IMG/VR virus record: IMGVR_UViG_3300048631_000054
Coordinates: 1-31,351 of that record
Length of the DNA: 31,351 bases
DNA from: a virus
Taxonomy: Duplodnaviria > Caudoviricetes
Strand: one strand, 5' to 3'
Part shown: positions 8,331-18,164 of the stretch, in pieces
Position numbering within the stretch: position 1 is the stretch's first letter
How the letters are laid out: every line of letters begins with the position of its first letter
Position numbers and translations under genes: made by a program
The notes under the pieces: generated by a model
What the model saw: only the letters and a program-made list of their open reading frames with translations
Databases searched by the model: none
Told to the model about the DNA's origin: nothing

Positions 8331-11300
8331 TGAGCATAGTCAGCAGACAACCTACTAACGACTACAACGTCACCCGAGCAGAGAACCTAGTCAATCACGC
8401 TTATTATGGTGGTGAAGAACAAGGTGTCTATGAAGGTATTGTCGGAGAACACGAGGACTTCGGTTCTTGGTTTACCTCTGGTTTATCTGGTCTATTCTTA
8501 TCTCAAGCATTACCTGAAGACCAAGAGAAAGAGTTATTCATTAAAAGAACCTCAGCTAACTACGGTATGGCTAAGTTAGATGAGACTATTGAAGCTTTTA
8601 GACAGCTAAACGAAGTCAGGGGTTTAACTTCTGATGAGTTATCTACAGTTAAAGAGCTAGTTAAACGTAAGAGTGTCTTGGTTGATGACTTAGCTTATGT
8701 CAATGATAACTTCAATGGAGATTTAGATGCTCCTATGGATGTAGAGGGTAACTCTTTTACAGATAGGTGGAGTGTCGGTGATGACGAAGCTGGTATTCTA
8801 GAGTTCATTGACGGTGTTAAGAAGAATCCTAAGTATGCTACTGGTATTGTTATAGGTGAGATACTGAAAGATGCTCCTCTATCTGTATTAGCTTGGTTAG
8901 GTTTAACTGCTAAGACTGCTAAAGGTGCTTCTGCTTTTGCAACTGTTGTTAATAAACTGAATAACATTCAACCTAAAGCTTTAAGAGGTTTAGCTAAGGT
9001 AGCTACTCCTATAGGTATGGGTGCTGTAGGTGGTGGAGCTTATGAAGCTGGTTACTCTAAGCTTAATGAAGGTAAAGTTAAATGGCAAGATGTTAAAGCT
9101 GGTACTGAGTTTGGTGCTGCCTTCGGTATCTTAGGTACTTTAGGTGTGTTTGCTAAAGGTGTTATACCTGAACAAGCTGTTAAAGCAGGAACTAAAATAT
9201 CCAAGGCTAGTAAAGATACTCCTATGGGAGATATGTCTGTAAGTGAGGTTGTAGATACTTTAGTAGATAAAGCTGAAAGAGAAAGAATAACTAAGTTCTC
9301 TGAATCTTTGATGGCTGAGCATGATAAGAGGTTGTTCCCTCAACTGACTGCTGCTAATTATACTATTATGAATAGAGCAGAAGCTAAACAAGCAGGTATC
9401 TCACTGGCAGATAAGGACGGTAAAGGTGCTTTCAATCGATACCAAGATGGTAAGAACACTATCATCTGGGGTGAGAAGGAAACTGAAGCTACCTTTAAAA
9501 GATTACAACAAGAATTAAATGCTAAGGAGCTATCTGAAGTAGGTAAAGGTACTCTAGCTGGTACTTCTATTAATGACCTCAAATACTTACAAGATAAATC
9601 AACTTATGATGTCTTTCAACTAGCTCATGAGAAAGCTCATGTCATACAGAATGTAGAAGGTAGGACATTCTCTGCTCATCCTAACGATGCGTTGTTTAAA
9701 AGACCAGGTTCTTACAATAAAGAACTAGAAGCTAATCAAATGGCTTTTGAGGAATTGAATAGAACCTTTAAAGAACAACAAGTAGCCTCTGCTGATAAGT
9801 CTGTTGTAACTGCCGATAAACAAATAGGTATGTACAACGAAGGTAAAGAATACTTTCCTCCAGATTATGACGAGAAACTTAGAGGTTTAAAACAAGAAGA
9901 GACTGTACCACCTCAATTACCTAATAGTCAAATCGTTGATTTCTTAGAGAAACATAAAGCTAGTACATCTTTAGGTGCTGCTTTAGCTGCCTACAGTTTG
10001 TCAGGTGAAGAAGATGCTAAGTATGTAGCTGCGACTGCTGCCTTAGCTACCTTAGCTGGACCTAAAGCTTACAGAAAGCTAAATGAAGTACAAGTATCTC
10101 AAGAGTTAGCTAAGGCTAGACTTCAGGCTGCTAAAGCTCACGAAGGTTTATCTGTCTATGCTAAGAATGTAGAAGTATTAGGTCAATCCTTAGGTGATAG
10201 AATCACTAAACGATTCCCAGGTAACAGAGGTATTATCTTTTTAGAAGCTGTTGAGAAAGGTAAGACCTTTGATGATGTTGAAGGTAAGTCTTTAGTTAAG
10301 CAATGGAATGACTGGATGGGTTTCCTAGCTAGACAAGGTACTGAGGTAGGTCTATTCCAAGGAAAGCATGGTATAAGAAGAGGTAAGCTAAATCTAGTTG
10401 CTAATTATGTATCTCACATTGTCAGAGGTAAAGTCAATCCTGATGGTTCTGTCAGACCTTTAACTAATAAAGAAAAAGAAGACCTTATTAGAAGTCAAGC
10501 TGATAAGTTACACATTTCAGGGTCTACTAATACAGCTCACGAGATTCCTAGAAAGATTATGGGTACTTTAGAAGACCTTAAAGCTAAAGGTTATGCTGTT
10601 GTAGATGACCCTGCTCAAGTCTTAAGTATCTACAATCAAGCTATGATGAGAACTATCCACAACAGGAAGTTATTATCAGAGTTTAAACAACTAGACTTAG
10701 GTACTCCAGAGAAACCTATGCCAGCTATGTACACTGAGCAAGAGTTTGATAAGATTAAAGGTAGATTGACTAAGGAAGATAGGTATCAATACACTGAGTT
10801 TGACCATCCTTCACTACAAGGTTATAAAGTTCACAGTAACTTGAAAGACATTCTAAATGACCACTTTGAAATATCTAGAGAAGGTGGTTTAAATGACTTC
10901 GCTGAAGGTTTACTATCATTGAACAATGCTCTTAAGAGAGTCTTTGTATTCGGTTCTTTATTCCATGCTTCAGCTTTGTTTATGTCTGCTGTTTATTCAT
11001 TAGGTATATCAGGTGCTGTTAAAGGTATGTTCGGTAAAGGTAAGTTAGGAGCTAACCACTCTTGGAAAGATTTAGAACTAGGTACTGGTTCAATGACTAC
11101 TGTAATGCAAGAAGCTATTAAAGATGGTCTTGAAGTTGGTAATGTCAAACGTAAAGAATTAGTTAACCCAGGTAAAGTAGAACTAGATGAGTTCTTAGAT
11201 AAGTTAGGCGAGCCAGGAGTCTTAGGACAGAAAGCTTTCGGTAAGTTAGATGAGATTACTTGGGAGTATATGCACGATAGGTTTAAGGTAGCTTCTCACT

Positions 11301-12157
11301 TACGTCATAAAGAGATTCTAATGCGTAAAGGCATGGATGAAGTTACTGCTGGTAAGAAAGCTGCTGAGTTTGGTAACGATGCTTTCGGTTCATTGAACTG
11401 GAATGACTTTGCTACTAGATTATATGACTATGCTTACCGTAACCCTGGGAAACTTAGAGGTAAGATAGCCACTAAGACAGCTCAGATGCTACCTGTTAAT
11501 AAACGTAGATGGTTAAACCTTGGTTTGTTTGCACCTGACTGGACTATCTCTAATATTCGTATTGTAGGTAGAACATTCTGGAATGCTCCTAAGGTAACTA
11601 AAGCTTTTGTTAATAGAGTACACACGGGTAAATGGGGTAAGGATGAGAAAGAGTTCATCCAAGCTTGGAATATGTATGCTGCTTATTCAGCTAGAGCTGG
11701 CTTCTACACTTCAATCTTATGGTGGCAGATGACAGAGTTATTCTCTGATGAAGAGCCTACAATGGAAGCTTTAGGTGAGTTCTGGAGTGGTGAAACTTCA
11801 GGTAAACTACAATTAGGTGGTGGAGAATCGATGGTTATCTCTAAACAGATTGCTGAACCTATTCACTGGGTGCAACATCCTGCTCACACATTATTGAATA
11901 AGATGTCTGTCGTTCCTAAGACTGTAATGGAAGGCTTCTTTAATAAACAATGGTTCTCAATGAAGAAGGGATTCCCAATGGGTCCAGCTATTGTTGAACA
12001 GAACGGAGAAGCTCATTATGGTAAGTGGGTACTAGGTAAGTTCATTCCTATTGTAGCTAAACCTATAATAGCTGATGATTTAGAATGGCAAGAAAGATTT
12101 GAGAGAGTATTCACAGGTTTCTTTGGATTCCCTCAATACGGTAAACCTAAAGATTAA
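8330..12157 (+). CDS. Large internal virion/ejection protein with an HExxH motif
   Basis: 1275 aa, last large gene of the tail module, Gly/Ala hydrophobic segments, LAHEKAHVIQ..ELEANQ, LFAPDW motif. Confidence 0.7.
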   Translation: MSIVSRQPTNDYNVTRAENLVNHAYYGGEEQGVYEGIVGEHEDFGSWFTSGLSGLFLSQALPEDQEKELFIKRTSANYGMAKLDETIEAFRQLNEVRGLTSDELSTVKELVKRKSVLVDDLAYVNDNFNGDLDAPMDVEGNSFTDRWSVGDDEAGILEFIDGVKKNPKYATGIVIGEILKDAPLSVLAWLGLTAKTAKGASAFATVVNKLNNIQPKALRGLAKVATPIGMGAVGGGAYEAGYSKLNEGKVKWQDVKAGTEFGAAFGILGTLGVFAKGVIPEQAVKAGTKISKASKDTPMGDMSVSEVVDTLVDKAERERITKFSESLMAEHDKRLFPQLTAANYTIMNRAEAKQAGISLADKDGKGAFNRYQDGKNTIIWGEKETEATFKRLQQELNAKELSEVGKGTLAGTSINDLKYLQDKSTYDVFQLAHEKAHVIQNVEGRTFSAHPNDALFKRPGSYNKELEANQMAFEELNRTFKEQQVASADKSVVTADKQIGMYNEGKEYFPPDYDEKLRGLKQEETVPPQLPNSQIVDFLEKHKASTSLGAALAAYSLSGEEDAKYVAATAALATLAGPKAYRKLNEVQVSQELAKARLQAAKAHEGLSVYAKNVEVLGQSLGDRITKRFPGNRGIIFLEAVEKGKTFDDVEGKSLVKQWNDWMGFLARQGTEVGLFQGKHGIRRGKLNLVANYVSHIVRGKVNPDGSVRPLTNKEKEDLIRSQADKLHISGSTNTAHEIPRKIMGTLEDLKAKGYAVVDDPAQVLSIYNQAMMRTIHNRKLLSEFKQLDLGTPEKPMPAMYTEQEFDKIKGRLTKEDRYQYTEFDHPSLQGYKVHSNLKDILNDHFEISREGGLNDFAEGLLSLNNALKRVFVFGSLFHASALFMSAVYSLGISGAVKGMFGKGKLGANHSWKDLELGTGSMTTVMQEAIKDGLEVGNVKRKELVNPGKVELDEFLDKLGEPGVLGQKAFGKLDEITWEYMHDRFKVASHLRHKEILMRKGMDEVTAGKKAAEFGNDAFGSLNWNDFATRLYDYAYRNPGKLRGKIATKTAQMLPVNKRRWLNLGLFAPDWTISNIRIVGRTFWNAPKVTKAFVNRVHTGKWGKDEKEFIQAWNMYAAYSARAGFYTSILWWQMTELFSDEEPTMEALGEFWSGETSGKLQLGGGESMVISKQIAEPIHWVQHPAHTLLNKMSVVPKTVMEGFFNKQWFSMKKGFPMGPAIVEQNGEAHYGKWVLGKFIPIVAKPIIADDLEWQERFERVFTGFFGFPQYGKPKD

Positions 12158-12174
12158 TTAAACGGAGAATTAAG

Positions 12175-12573
12175 ATGGCAAATGGTAGAAATTTAACAGG
12201 TAATAGAGACGCAGACGGTAATTTAATGACAGCTGACCCTGCACAGGATATGTTTGAGAACATTGTTGAGGAACGTGCAGGTGAAAACCCACCTAAAGAA
12301 GAAGAGCCTCAAGAAGAAGAAGGTACAGACTACGTAGGTTTGATTAAGGCTTTAATGGAAGCTACACCTGAAGATGTTGATTCTATTCTAACTGACTTTG
12401 ATTCAACAGCTACCGAGATTAGAGATAGTTATTCTTTTGAAGAGGATTTAAAAGCTAACCAAGATGTCTTAAAGTTCATACATACGAAAGCTCGTTATGA
12501 AGATGAACTAGCTAAGATTACTACTAAGGTTCCTGAACCTAAAGGTATGATGAAGACTACGTTAGAACCTTAG
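12175..12573 (+). CDS. Acidic hypothetical protein
   Basis: GGAG RBS; last gene of the + arm. Confidence 0.7.
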   Translation: MANGRNLTGNRDADGNLMTADPAQDMFENIVEERAGENPPKEEEPQEEEGTDYVGLIKALMEATPEDVDSILTDFDSTATEIRDSYSFEEDLKANQDVLKFIHTKARYEDELAKITTKVPEPKGMMKTTLEP

Positions 12574-12755
12574 ACCCACTTAAACCCAGACGAATCTAGA
12601 CCTGCTGTTTTGTATTGAGACAGTAGGTCTTTTTCGTTACGGTTCTTACATCTTTCTAGGTAATGCTCATACGCATCATTGTAGTTACCACCTGCTCTAG
12701 CTACCTTATCTGCGTAATCCTCAGCTAATGCCTCGCATAGTTTCTTCTTATTCAT
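12570..12755 (-). CDS. Hypothetical protein
   Basis: GGAGG RBS; overlaps the end of rusA; last gene of the - arm. Confidence 0.7.
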   Translation of the reverse strand: MNKKKLCEALAEDYADKVARAGGNYNDAYEHYLERCKNRNEKDLLSQYKTAGLDSSGFKWV

Positions 12756-13140
12756 CTAATTCCTCCTGAATGTATTCAATCCTAGGAGTCTCAGAGTAGA
12801 ACTTTCTAGCTCTAATCATTACTATTTGTTTATCATTCTCGTAGTAAGTCCCCTCAAGAGAATCTAAGATTGCTTTACAATAATTATCGATGTCTGCATT
12901 GTTATCGCAGTATCGTCCATTCTTCAGAGTTTTCTTCTTCTTCGACCAAGACTTCGGTATTTGTACATAGAAGTCTAGTTGAGCGTATATGAGCTTTGTA
13001 GATGGTATAAAAGTAGTATTAGTAAGAGCCATCACCATATCTTCCTTGAACTGGGTGTACTTCTTAGGAAAGAAGGTACTCCATCTAGTTACTCTTGCTC
13101 TTGATGCTGGAACTGGTGCTACGTAAAACACTACTTTCAT
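12748..13140 (-). CDS. rusA: RusA-family Holliday junction resolvase
   Basis: PVPASRAR, IPKSWSKKK, DIDNYCKAILDSL, YENDKQIV catalytic motifs. Confidence 0.92.
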   Translation of the reverse strand: MKVVFYVAPVPASRARVTRWSTFFPKKYTQFKEDMVMALTNTTFIPSTKLIYAQLDFYVQIPKSWSKKKKTLKNGRYCDNNADIDNYCKAILDSLEGTYYENDKQIVMIRARKFYSETPRIEYIQEELDE

Positions 13141-13172
13141 CTTATTCTCCTCCGAAAGACTTTACTATAACA

Positions 13173-14024
13173 TCATTCCTTATCAAAGTAATCGTAAATC
13201 TCATGAACCTTAGGATAATTAACAACTTTAGCTAAGAATCTAGGACCAGTTGAGTAGGCAAACACCTTAACATCAGGGAAACAGTGCTGCTTGTACATAC
13301 AATAGCTACAAGGCATAGCTAACTTCATGTTTCCTGACTTACCTTCAGGTACTAACTCATAGCATTGCTCAGGTTTCTCATCATCTGCAACCATACACTT
13401 CAAGTAATCAATCCGTTCACCGATAGGGTCATCGTACTTAAAGTTCTCAAAGTGAGTACATAAGTTACCATTAGTCTTATCAATGACTAACCAACCACCT
13501 TCATCGTGTCCTAATGATGCAGCATAGCCTCGTAGTTGGTCGATATAACCGAATGGGTCATCATTACGTACGTTTCCTTCCTTGAACTTCTTAAATCCAA
13601 AGGTAGAAGCTGTCTTAACATCAATCAACATACCATCAATGACACAATCCATCGAACCTTTGACTCCATTTACCTCAGCCTTATGTTGTTGATGGGTAAC
13701 TTCATGCCCAGACAAGGAAGCTAGGGCAAGTACAAGCTCTTCAGTCGCATGACCGTATAAGAACTTCATCAATGTAGCTGGTGTCATCGATTCATGGGTG
13801 TATTTTCTATGTCTGTACCACAGGTATCTATCTTGCTTTCCTATGCTACTCATACGAAGTTTTCCACCATCGTCATGCTTCGTAAGTACGTTGTTTTTTA
13901 AGATATTCTTCATGGCTTCACCAAAGTTATCCACAATCTTATCCACATCTACACCTTCGGCTGCTTCGTTTGTTTTCAGCACCTCATAGATGTCATCTAC
14001 TAAATCTTCAATCTTCTTCATCAT
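13173..14024 (-). CDS. PD-(D/E)XK (Cas4-like) exonuclease
   Basis: LRMSSIG..R.LWY, GH..E, GSMD..DVKTAS, QLRGY, CSYC..C. Confidence 0.88.
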   Translation of the reverse strand: MMKKIEDLVDDIYEVLKTNEAAEGVDVDKIVDNFGEAMKNILKNNVLTKHDDGGKLRMSSIGKQDRYLWYRHRKYTHESMTPATLMKFLYGHATEELVLALASLSGHEVTHQQHKAEVNGVKGSMDCVIDGMLIDVKTASTFGFKKFKEGNVRNDDPFGYIDQLRGYAASLGHDEGGWLVIDKTNGNLCTHFENFKYDDPIGERIDYLKCMVADDEKPEQCYELVPEGKSGNMKLAMPCSYCMYKQHCFPDVKVFAYSTGPRFLAKVVNYPKVHEIYDYFDKE

Positions 14025-14245
14025 ACTCTCCTTTTTAAAATCTCTAATAAACGCTCTTTCTTAGCACCTCTTCTTCTTGCTAGTAATGCCCTGTCAAAAA
14101 CAATCTCATCAATTTCATCTGAATCAATCAGCACTTCAACTAATTCATATAACTCTGATAGTTGTCTTAAATAATCAGAAGCTTCATCATGTATATCTGA
14201 AGCTACTAGGGCTAAACTCTTCCCAATCTTAGTTGTTACTATCAT
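14021..14245 (-). CDS. Hypothetical protein
   Basis: GAGGAG RBS; ATGA coupling to the nuclease gene. Confidence 0.7.
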   Translation of the reverse strand: MIVTTKIGKSLALVASDIHDEASDYLRQLSELYELVEVLIDSDEIDEIVFDRALLARRRGAKKERLLEILKRRV

Positions 14246-14253
14246 CTCCTCTC

Positions 14254-15996
14254 CTAGTGAGTCTCAGCCCACGTATCTCCTACTTGATATTCAGCATCTA
14301 GAGGACAGTTCATTTCATAATATGTACCTGCCTCAATCATGCTACCTACAGCTAAGCTACCGAATAGCTCAGCTTCCTCTTCTTTTACTTCTGTTTGAAT
14401 CTCATCGTGGATATTTCCTACGAATTGATAATCAATACTGTTTTCCTTGGCATACTTATCTAGTAATACCAAGGCTCTCTTCATTACTATAGCACCAGCT
14501 GATTGTAGTAACGTATTAAGAGCTGCGTGTGGACTTCTGATGTGTAACTTCCTGTCATCTAATCCTTTGATGGTGCCTTGTTCAGACAGCTTTGTAACTC
14601 TGTCTCGTAAATCTTTAAGTGCTGGCGTATTAGCAAGGAAGTCTTTCTTAAGTCTTCGACCATCGCTACTTGTTCCACCGATAACGCTTCCAATCTTCTC
14701 TTCTCCAGCTCCGTACAAGAAAGCATAGATGAAAGTCTTTGCCTGATTTCTTGATTCAAGTCCTGCAGCCATTTGATTTGCTGTGTGTATATCTCCATCT
14801 ACTACTTCCTTAGTGTAATCTGCATCATCCATATAATGTGCCAGCATCCTTAACTCCAGACCTGACGCGTCCATACCTACTAACTTGTAACCATCTCTTA
14901 CTTTGAATAACTTCCTACATTCCTCACCATAAGGACTACCACTAGCTGGAACTTGAGCTAGGTTGGGCTTACTGTGTGTCATCCTATTAGTAACAGCACC
15001 GATAGGATTAACGTAAGCGTGTATCCTATCCAGTACACCTGCTGCTTCAATCCAAGATGATACTAAACCTAGTCTCTTTTGTAGCATCAAGTACCTAGCT
15101 ATCAACTTACCTTCAGGAAACTCTACATCTTTTAGTATAGTCTCAGACACTTGAGGTATTCCAGTCTCAGTTAACTCAATCGGTTCCCATCCATAATGTA
15201 TCAGGTGTCTAGCTATCTGTTTCCTGCTACCTAAGTTAAACTCAGGATAGGTCATCTTACCCCAGCCTTGTTCCTCATCTAAGTAAGCTAATGAATCTAA
15301 CTGTCTACGTAAAGAAGCTGAAACCTCACCATCATTAGTATAAGGCTTACTTGGGAAACTTAGTGATATAAATGTAGGTAATGGAACGAAGACTTCTCGT
15401 ACTTCATCTTCAGCTTTAAACATCTCAGACTTAAGTTCAGCTTGTAGAGTGATAGCATCTCTAGTGTTAAACTCCCAGCCATTTAGTTGTTGTTGGTAGA
15501 TTATCTTAGCTACTTCATGTTCCATAGCTAAGGCATCTTCAGCTAACTTCTGTCTAACTAATGTACCGTATAAACTATAGGTAACTTGTACATCTTGGAT
15601 ACAATACTCAAGCATCTCTTGGTTATATGTACCCCAAGCATCTTCTTTCTTACCGAAGTCACCTTTAGCTTTACCTAATCTTTCACCCCAAGCATCTAGA
15701 CTATGACCACCCTTACGACTGGGGCTATCTAGTCTAGACATTATCAAGGTGTCTTCAATCTCACCCCACCATTTGAATTTAAGTAACCTCTCGATGACAG
15801 GGATGTCGAAGTTGATAATGTTCTGTCCTATTAAGACCTCTACATTGTTATCTCGTAGCCAAGGTACGAAGTCTTTAACATTCCCAGGCTCAAAGGTTGT
15901 AGGTTCATCCCATCTACCTACAATCCTAGCAGCAATACACCAGATAACTGATGGATTAAGTCCGTTCGTTTCTATGTCGAATACTACCTTTACCAT
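14254..15996 (-). CDS. T7-like family A DNA polymerase with 3'-5' exonuclease
   Basis: ExoI FDIET, ExoII NFDIP, ExoIII YCIQD; motif A DASGLELR, motif B KTFIYAFLYG, motif C NIHDE. Confidence 0.97.
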   Translation of the reverse strand: MVKVVFDIETNGLNPSVIWCIAARIVGRWDEPTTFEPGNVKDFVPWLRDNNVEVLIGQNIINFDIPVIERLLKFKWWGEIEDTLIMSRLDSPSRKGGHSLDAWGERLGKAKGDFGKKEDAWGTYNQEMLEYCIQDVQVTYSLYGTLVRQKLAEDALAMEHEVAKIIYQQQLNGWEFNTRDAITLQAELKSEMFKAEDEVREVFVPLPTFISLSFPSKPYTNDGEVSASLRRQLDSLAYLDEEQGWGKMTYPEFNLGSRKQIARHLIHYGWEPIELTETGIPQVSETILKDVEFPEGKLIARYLMLQKRLGLVSSWIEAAGVLDRIHAYVNPIGAVTNRMTHSKPNLAQVPASGSPYGEECRKLFKVRDGYKLVGMDASGLELRMLAHYMDDADYTKEVVDGDIHTANQMAAGLESRNQAKTFIYAFLYGAGEEKIGSVIGGTSSDGRRLKKDFLANTPALKDLRDRVTKLSEQGTIKGLDDRKLHIRSPHAALNTLLQSAGAIVMKRALVLLDKYAKENSIDYQFVGNIHDEIQTEVKEEEAELFGSLAVGSMIEAGTYYEMNCPLDAEYQVGDTWAETH

Positions 15997-17609
15997 TACA
16001 TCTCCTCTGGTGCTATTGTCTCCCTTAATCGAGCTGTGTCACCATCATACTGAAGGTATCCTGTTACTCCTGTCTCACCTGTGTATCTATTCTTTAGAAT
16101 CCTCAGTGTTGTTGTGTTCCTAGTGATAGGGTCTTCACTTTGTTGGTTACGTTCTAGAGCTATTACTATATTAGATAGCTGAGCGATACCTTGTGAACCT
16201 CTTAGATGGTTTAATGAGATAGCTCCACCTTCTTCATGCGGTGTACCTTGCTGTCTAGATAGATGAGATACTACAAATAATCCAATGTTAGTTTCAACTA
16301 CTACCTCTCGTAGCTTAGTCATCAACGCATCAATGTTCCTACGTTCATCACCCTTAGCATCTCCAGACATCACAAGGTTGAGGTGGTCTAATACAATCCA
16401 CTTAATACCTTGAGCTTTAGCCATCAGCCTGATACGACTGACAATCTTCTCAATGGATAACTCCTTACCATCGTATAAGGTTAAAGCTTCTCCATCTTTT
16501 CTATCAAAGAGTTCATCGAAAGCCTCTGAAGCTACCTCTCGTTTAGTTATACCTCTACATTCATCTAAGTGATATGGTCTCTTAAGGTGAATACCAATCA
16601 AACCATCGATAGTTCTTTCAGTAGTTTCTTCTAGGTGGATTACTCCAACCTTATCAGGTGTCTGAGTTAATAGATGGTACTCAAGCTCTCTAACTACAGA
16701 AGACTTACCCATACCAGTACCTGATGTAATAGTTACTAGCTCTCCTAGCCTGAATCCTCTAGTCATTTGATTAAGACATACCCACGGGTACTCAACCGAG
16801 ACACACTCTGGTCTATCTAACCATGTATCTTTCAGTTGGGAAGCACCGATGATGTCACTAGGCATCCAGCTCTTAGCGTTCCAGAAACATTCAGTAATCT
16901 CTTTAACAAGACCAGCTTGTAGCATATCACTGATGTCTTTGTATCCTTCAGGGTAAGACATAATCTTAATCTTCTCTGGTGAGAACATCTCGATAGCTTT
17001 ATCAATAGCTGACTTACCTGCCTTATCTTTATCAAAGGCTAGTACGATATGGTCAAAGGAATCAAGGAACTCATAGCTACCTTGGATAGATTTCTCAACA
17101 CTAGAGCTACCATTCTTTAGAGAACAGACAGCCCACTTACCATTGAACACCTCAGCTAAAGACAGAGCATCTATCTCACCTTCAGTGATTGTGATGTACT
17201 TACCACCTTTATCCCAGAGACACTCACCGAATAGACCAGTGTCTTTGAAGCTACCTTCTGTATGAAACTCTTTAGTAGGTACATCCCTCACCTTGTAAGC
17301 TGTAACTCTACAAGCTTGGTCAGTGAAGGGGTAGTAATGAGTATCACCATCTTCAGATACCCTGACTTGATACTGTTTACAGATAGCTTCAGAGATTCTA
17401 CGCTTGGGTATCGAACTCCATATACCTTTGACGTGTAGTTCTTTGCTTGTTGTTATCTTCCTCGTATAAGAAGTAGATACTTGAGCTGTAGCTTTACCAT
17501 CCCAGAAGTTACATCCCTCTGTAAAGCAATGCTTATGGTCATCATAGACAGCCACGTTATCCTCGCTCCCGCACTTGGGGCAAGCCTCATGTTTAATAAA
17601 CTTACTCAT
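15996..17609 (-). CDS. T7 gp4-like DNA primase-helicase
   Basis: Zn finger CPKC..CFTEGC, TOPRIM TEGEIDALS and FDKD, Walker A SGTGMGKS, LDHL, LRGSQGIAQLS, KNRYTGETG. Confidence 0.97.
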   Translation of the reverse strand: MSKFIKHEACPKCGSEDNVAVYDDHKHCFTEGCNFWDGKATAQVSTSYTRKITTSKELHVKGIWSSIPKRRISEAICKQYQVRVSEDGDTHYYPFTDQACRVTAYKVRDVPTKEFHTEGSFKDTGLFGECLWDKGGKYITITEGEIDALSLAEVFNGKWAVCSLKNGSSSVEKSIQGSYEFLDSFDHIVLAFDKDKAGKSAIDKAIEMFSPEKIKIMSYPEGYKDISDMLQAGLVKEITECFWNAKSWMPSDIIGASQLKDTWLDRPECVSVEYPWVCLNQMTRGFRLGELVTITSGTGMGKSSVVRELEYHLLTQTPDKVGVIHLEETTERTIDGLIGIHLKRPYHLDECRGITKREVASEAFDELFDRKDGEALTLYDGKELSIEKIVSRIRLMAKAQGIKWIVLDHLNLVMSGDAKGDERRNIDALMTKLREVVVETNIGLFVVSHLSRQQGTPHEEGGAISLNHLRGSQGIAQLSNIVIALERNQQSEDPITRNTTTLRILKNRYTGETGVTGYLQYDGDTARLRETIAPEEM

Positions 17610-17732
17610 TTTGAATCCTCATTCTAGTAATTTAGTGGTCACTTATTCACACGGCTGTGACCATCACCGTTCTTAATTCTCTAAGAGCTATGAAGGAACT
17701 CCGAGACAGTAGTGAATTTACCGAGGATTAAC

Positions 17733-18131
17733 TTAGAACTCTTGCTCGTCTGCAAAGAAGGCAGGGTCACCACCAGCTTCACCACCTTCACCCATCTCTA
17801 AGATTAGAACACGCTTGAGATAAGTAGACACTCCGAACTCTGGATGTGCTGACTTACCTGGTGTGTATTCAACTCTTACTTTAGTACCTGAAGGTAGCTC
17901 ATGGTCATACCTCTCTTTATTATTAAGCCATACCTCGATGTTGTACTTAGATGTGAACTTACGAATAGGCTCACCGTCGTACTCTTTCACTTGCACTCCA
18001 GACTTACTTAACTTGGATGCAGTCTTACCATCAAGCTTTACTTGTATGGCATACTTACCTGTTGATTGACCTTTCCACTCATCGTGCTGTGTAAGGTGCG
18101 TGTTGAACATTGTAATTCCTTCTACTAACAT
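17733..18131 (-). CDS. Single-stranded DNA-binding protein (T7 gp2.5-like)
   Basis: OB-fold-like motifs (KYAIQV, SGTKVRV, YLKRVLI), acidic tail ending in Phe, position before primase-helicase. Confidence 0.78.
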   Translation of the reverse strand: MLVEGITMFNTHLTQHDEWKGQSTGKYAIQVKLDGKTASKLSKSGVQVKEYDGEPIRKFTSKYNIEVWLNNKERYDHELPSGTKVRVEYTPGKSAHPEFGVSTYLKRVLILEMGEGGEAGGDPAFFADEQEF

Positions 18132-18164
18132 ATACTTCTCCTGTGTTTTAAACCCTACGGTTTG

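Noticed and set aside
8330-12157. Virion RNA polymerase (N4- or crAss-like) that would read the hairpin
   Set aside because: No recognisable single-subunit or DxDGD polymerase motifs, and the protein is much shorter than known virion polymerases.
13173-14024. Cas4-like gene as sign of a CRISPR-Cas system
   Set aside because: No repeat-spacer array or other cas genes; solo Cas4-like nucleases are common in phage replication modules.
14254-15996. HMO-2011-type polymerase with DnaJ insert, or intein/intron
   Set aside because: No CxxCxGxG repeats and the protein is compact and uninterrupted.
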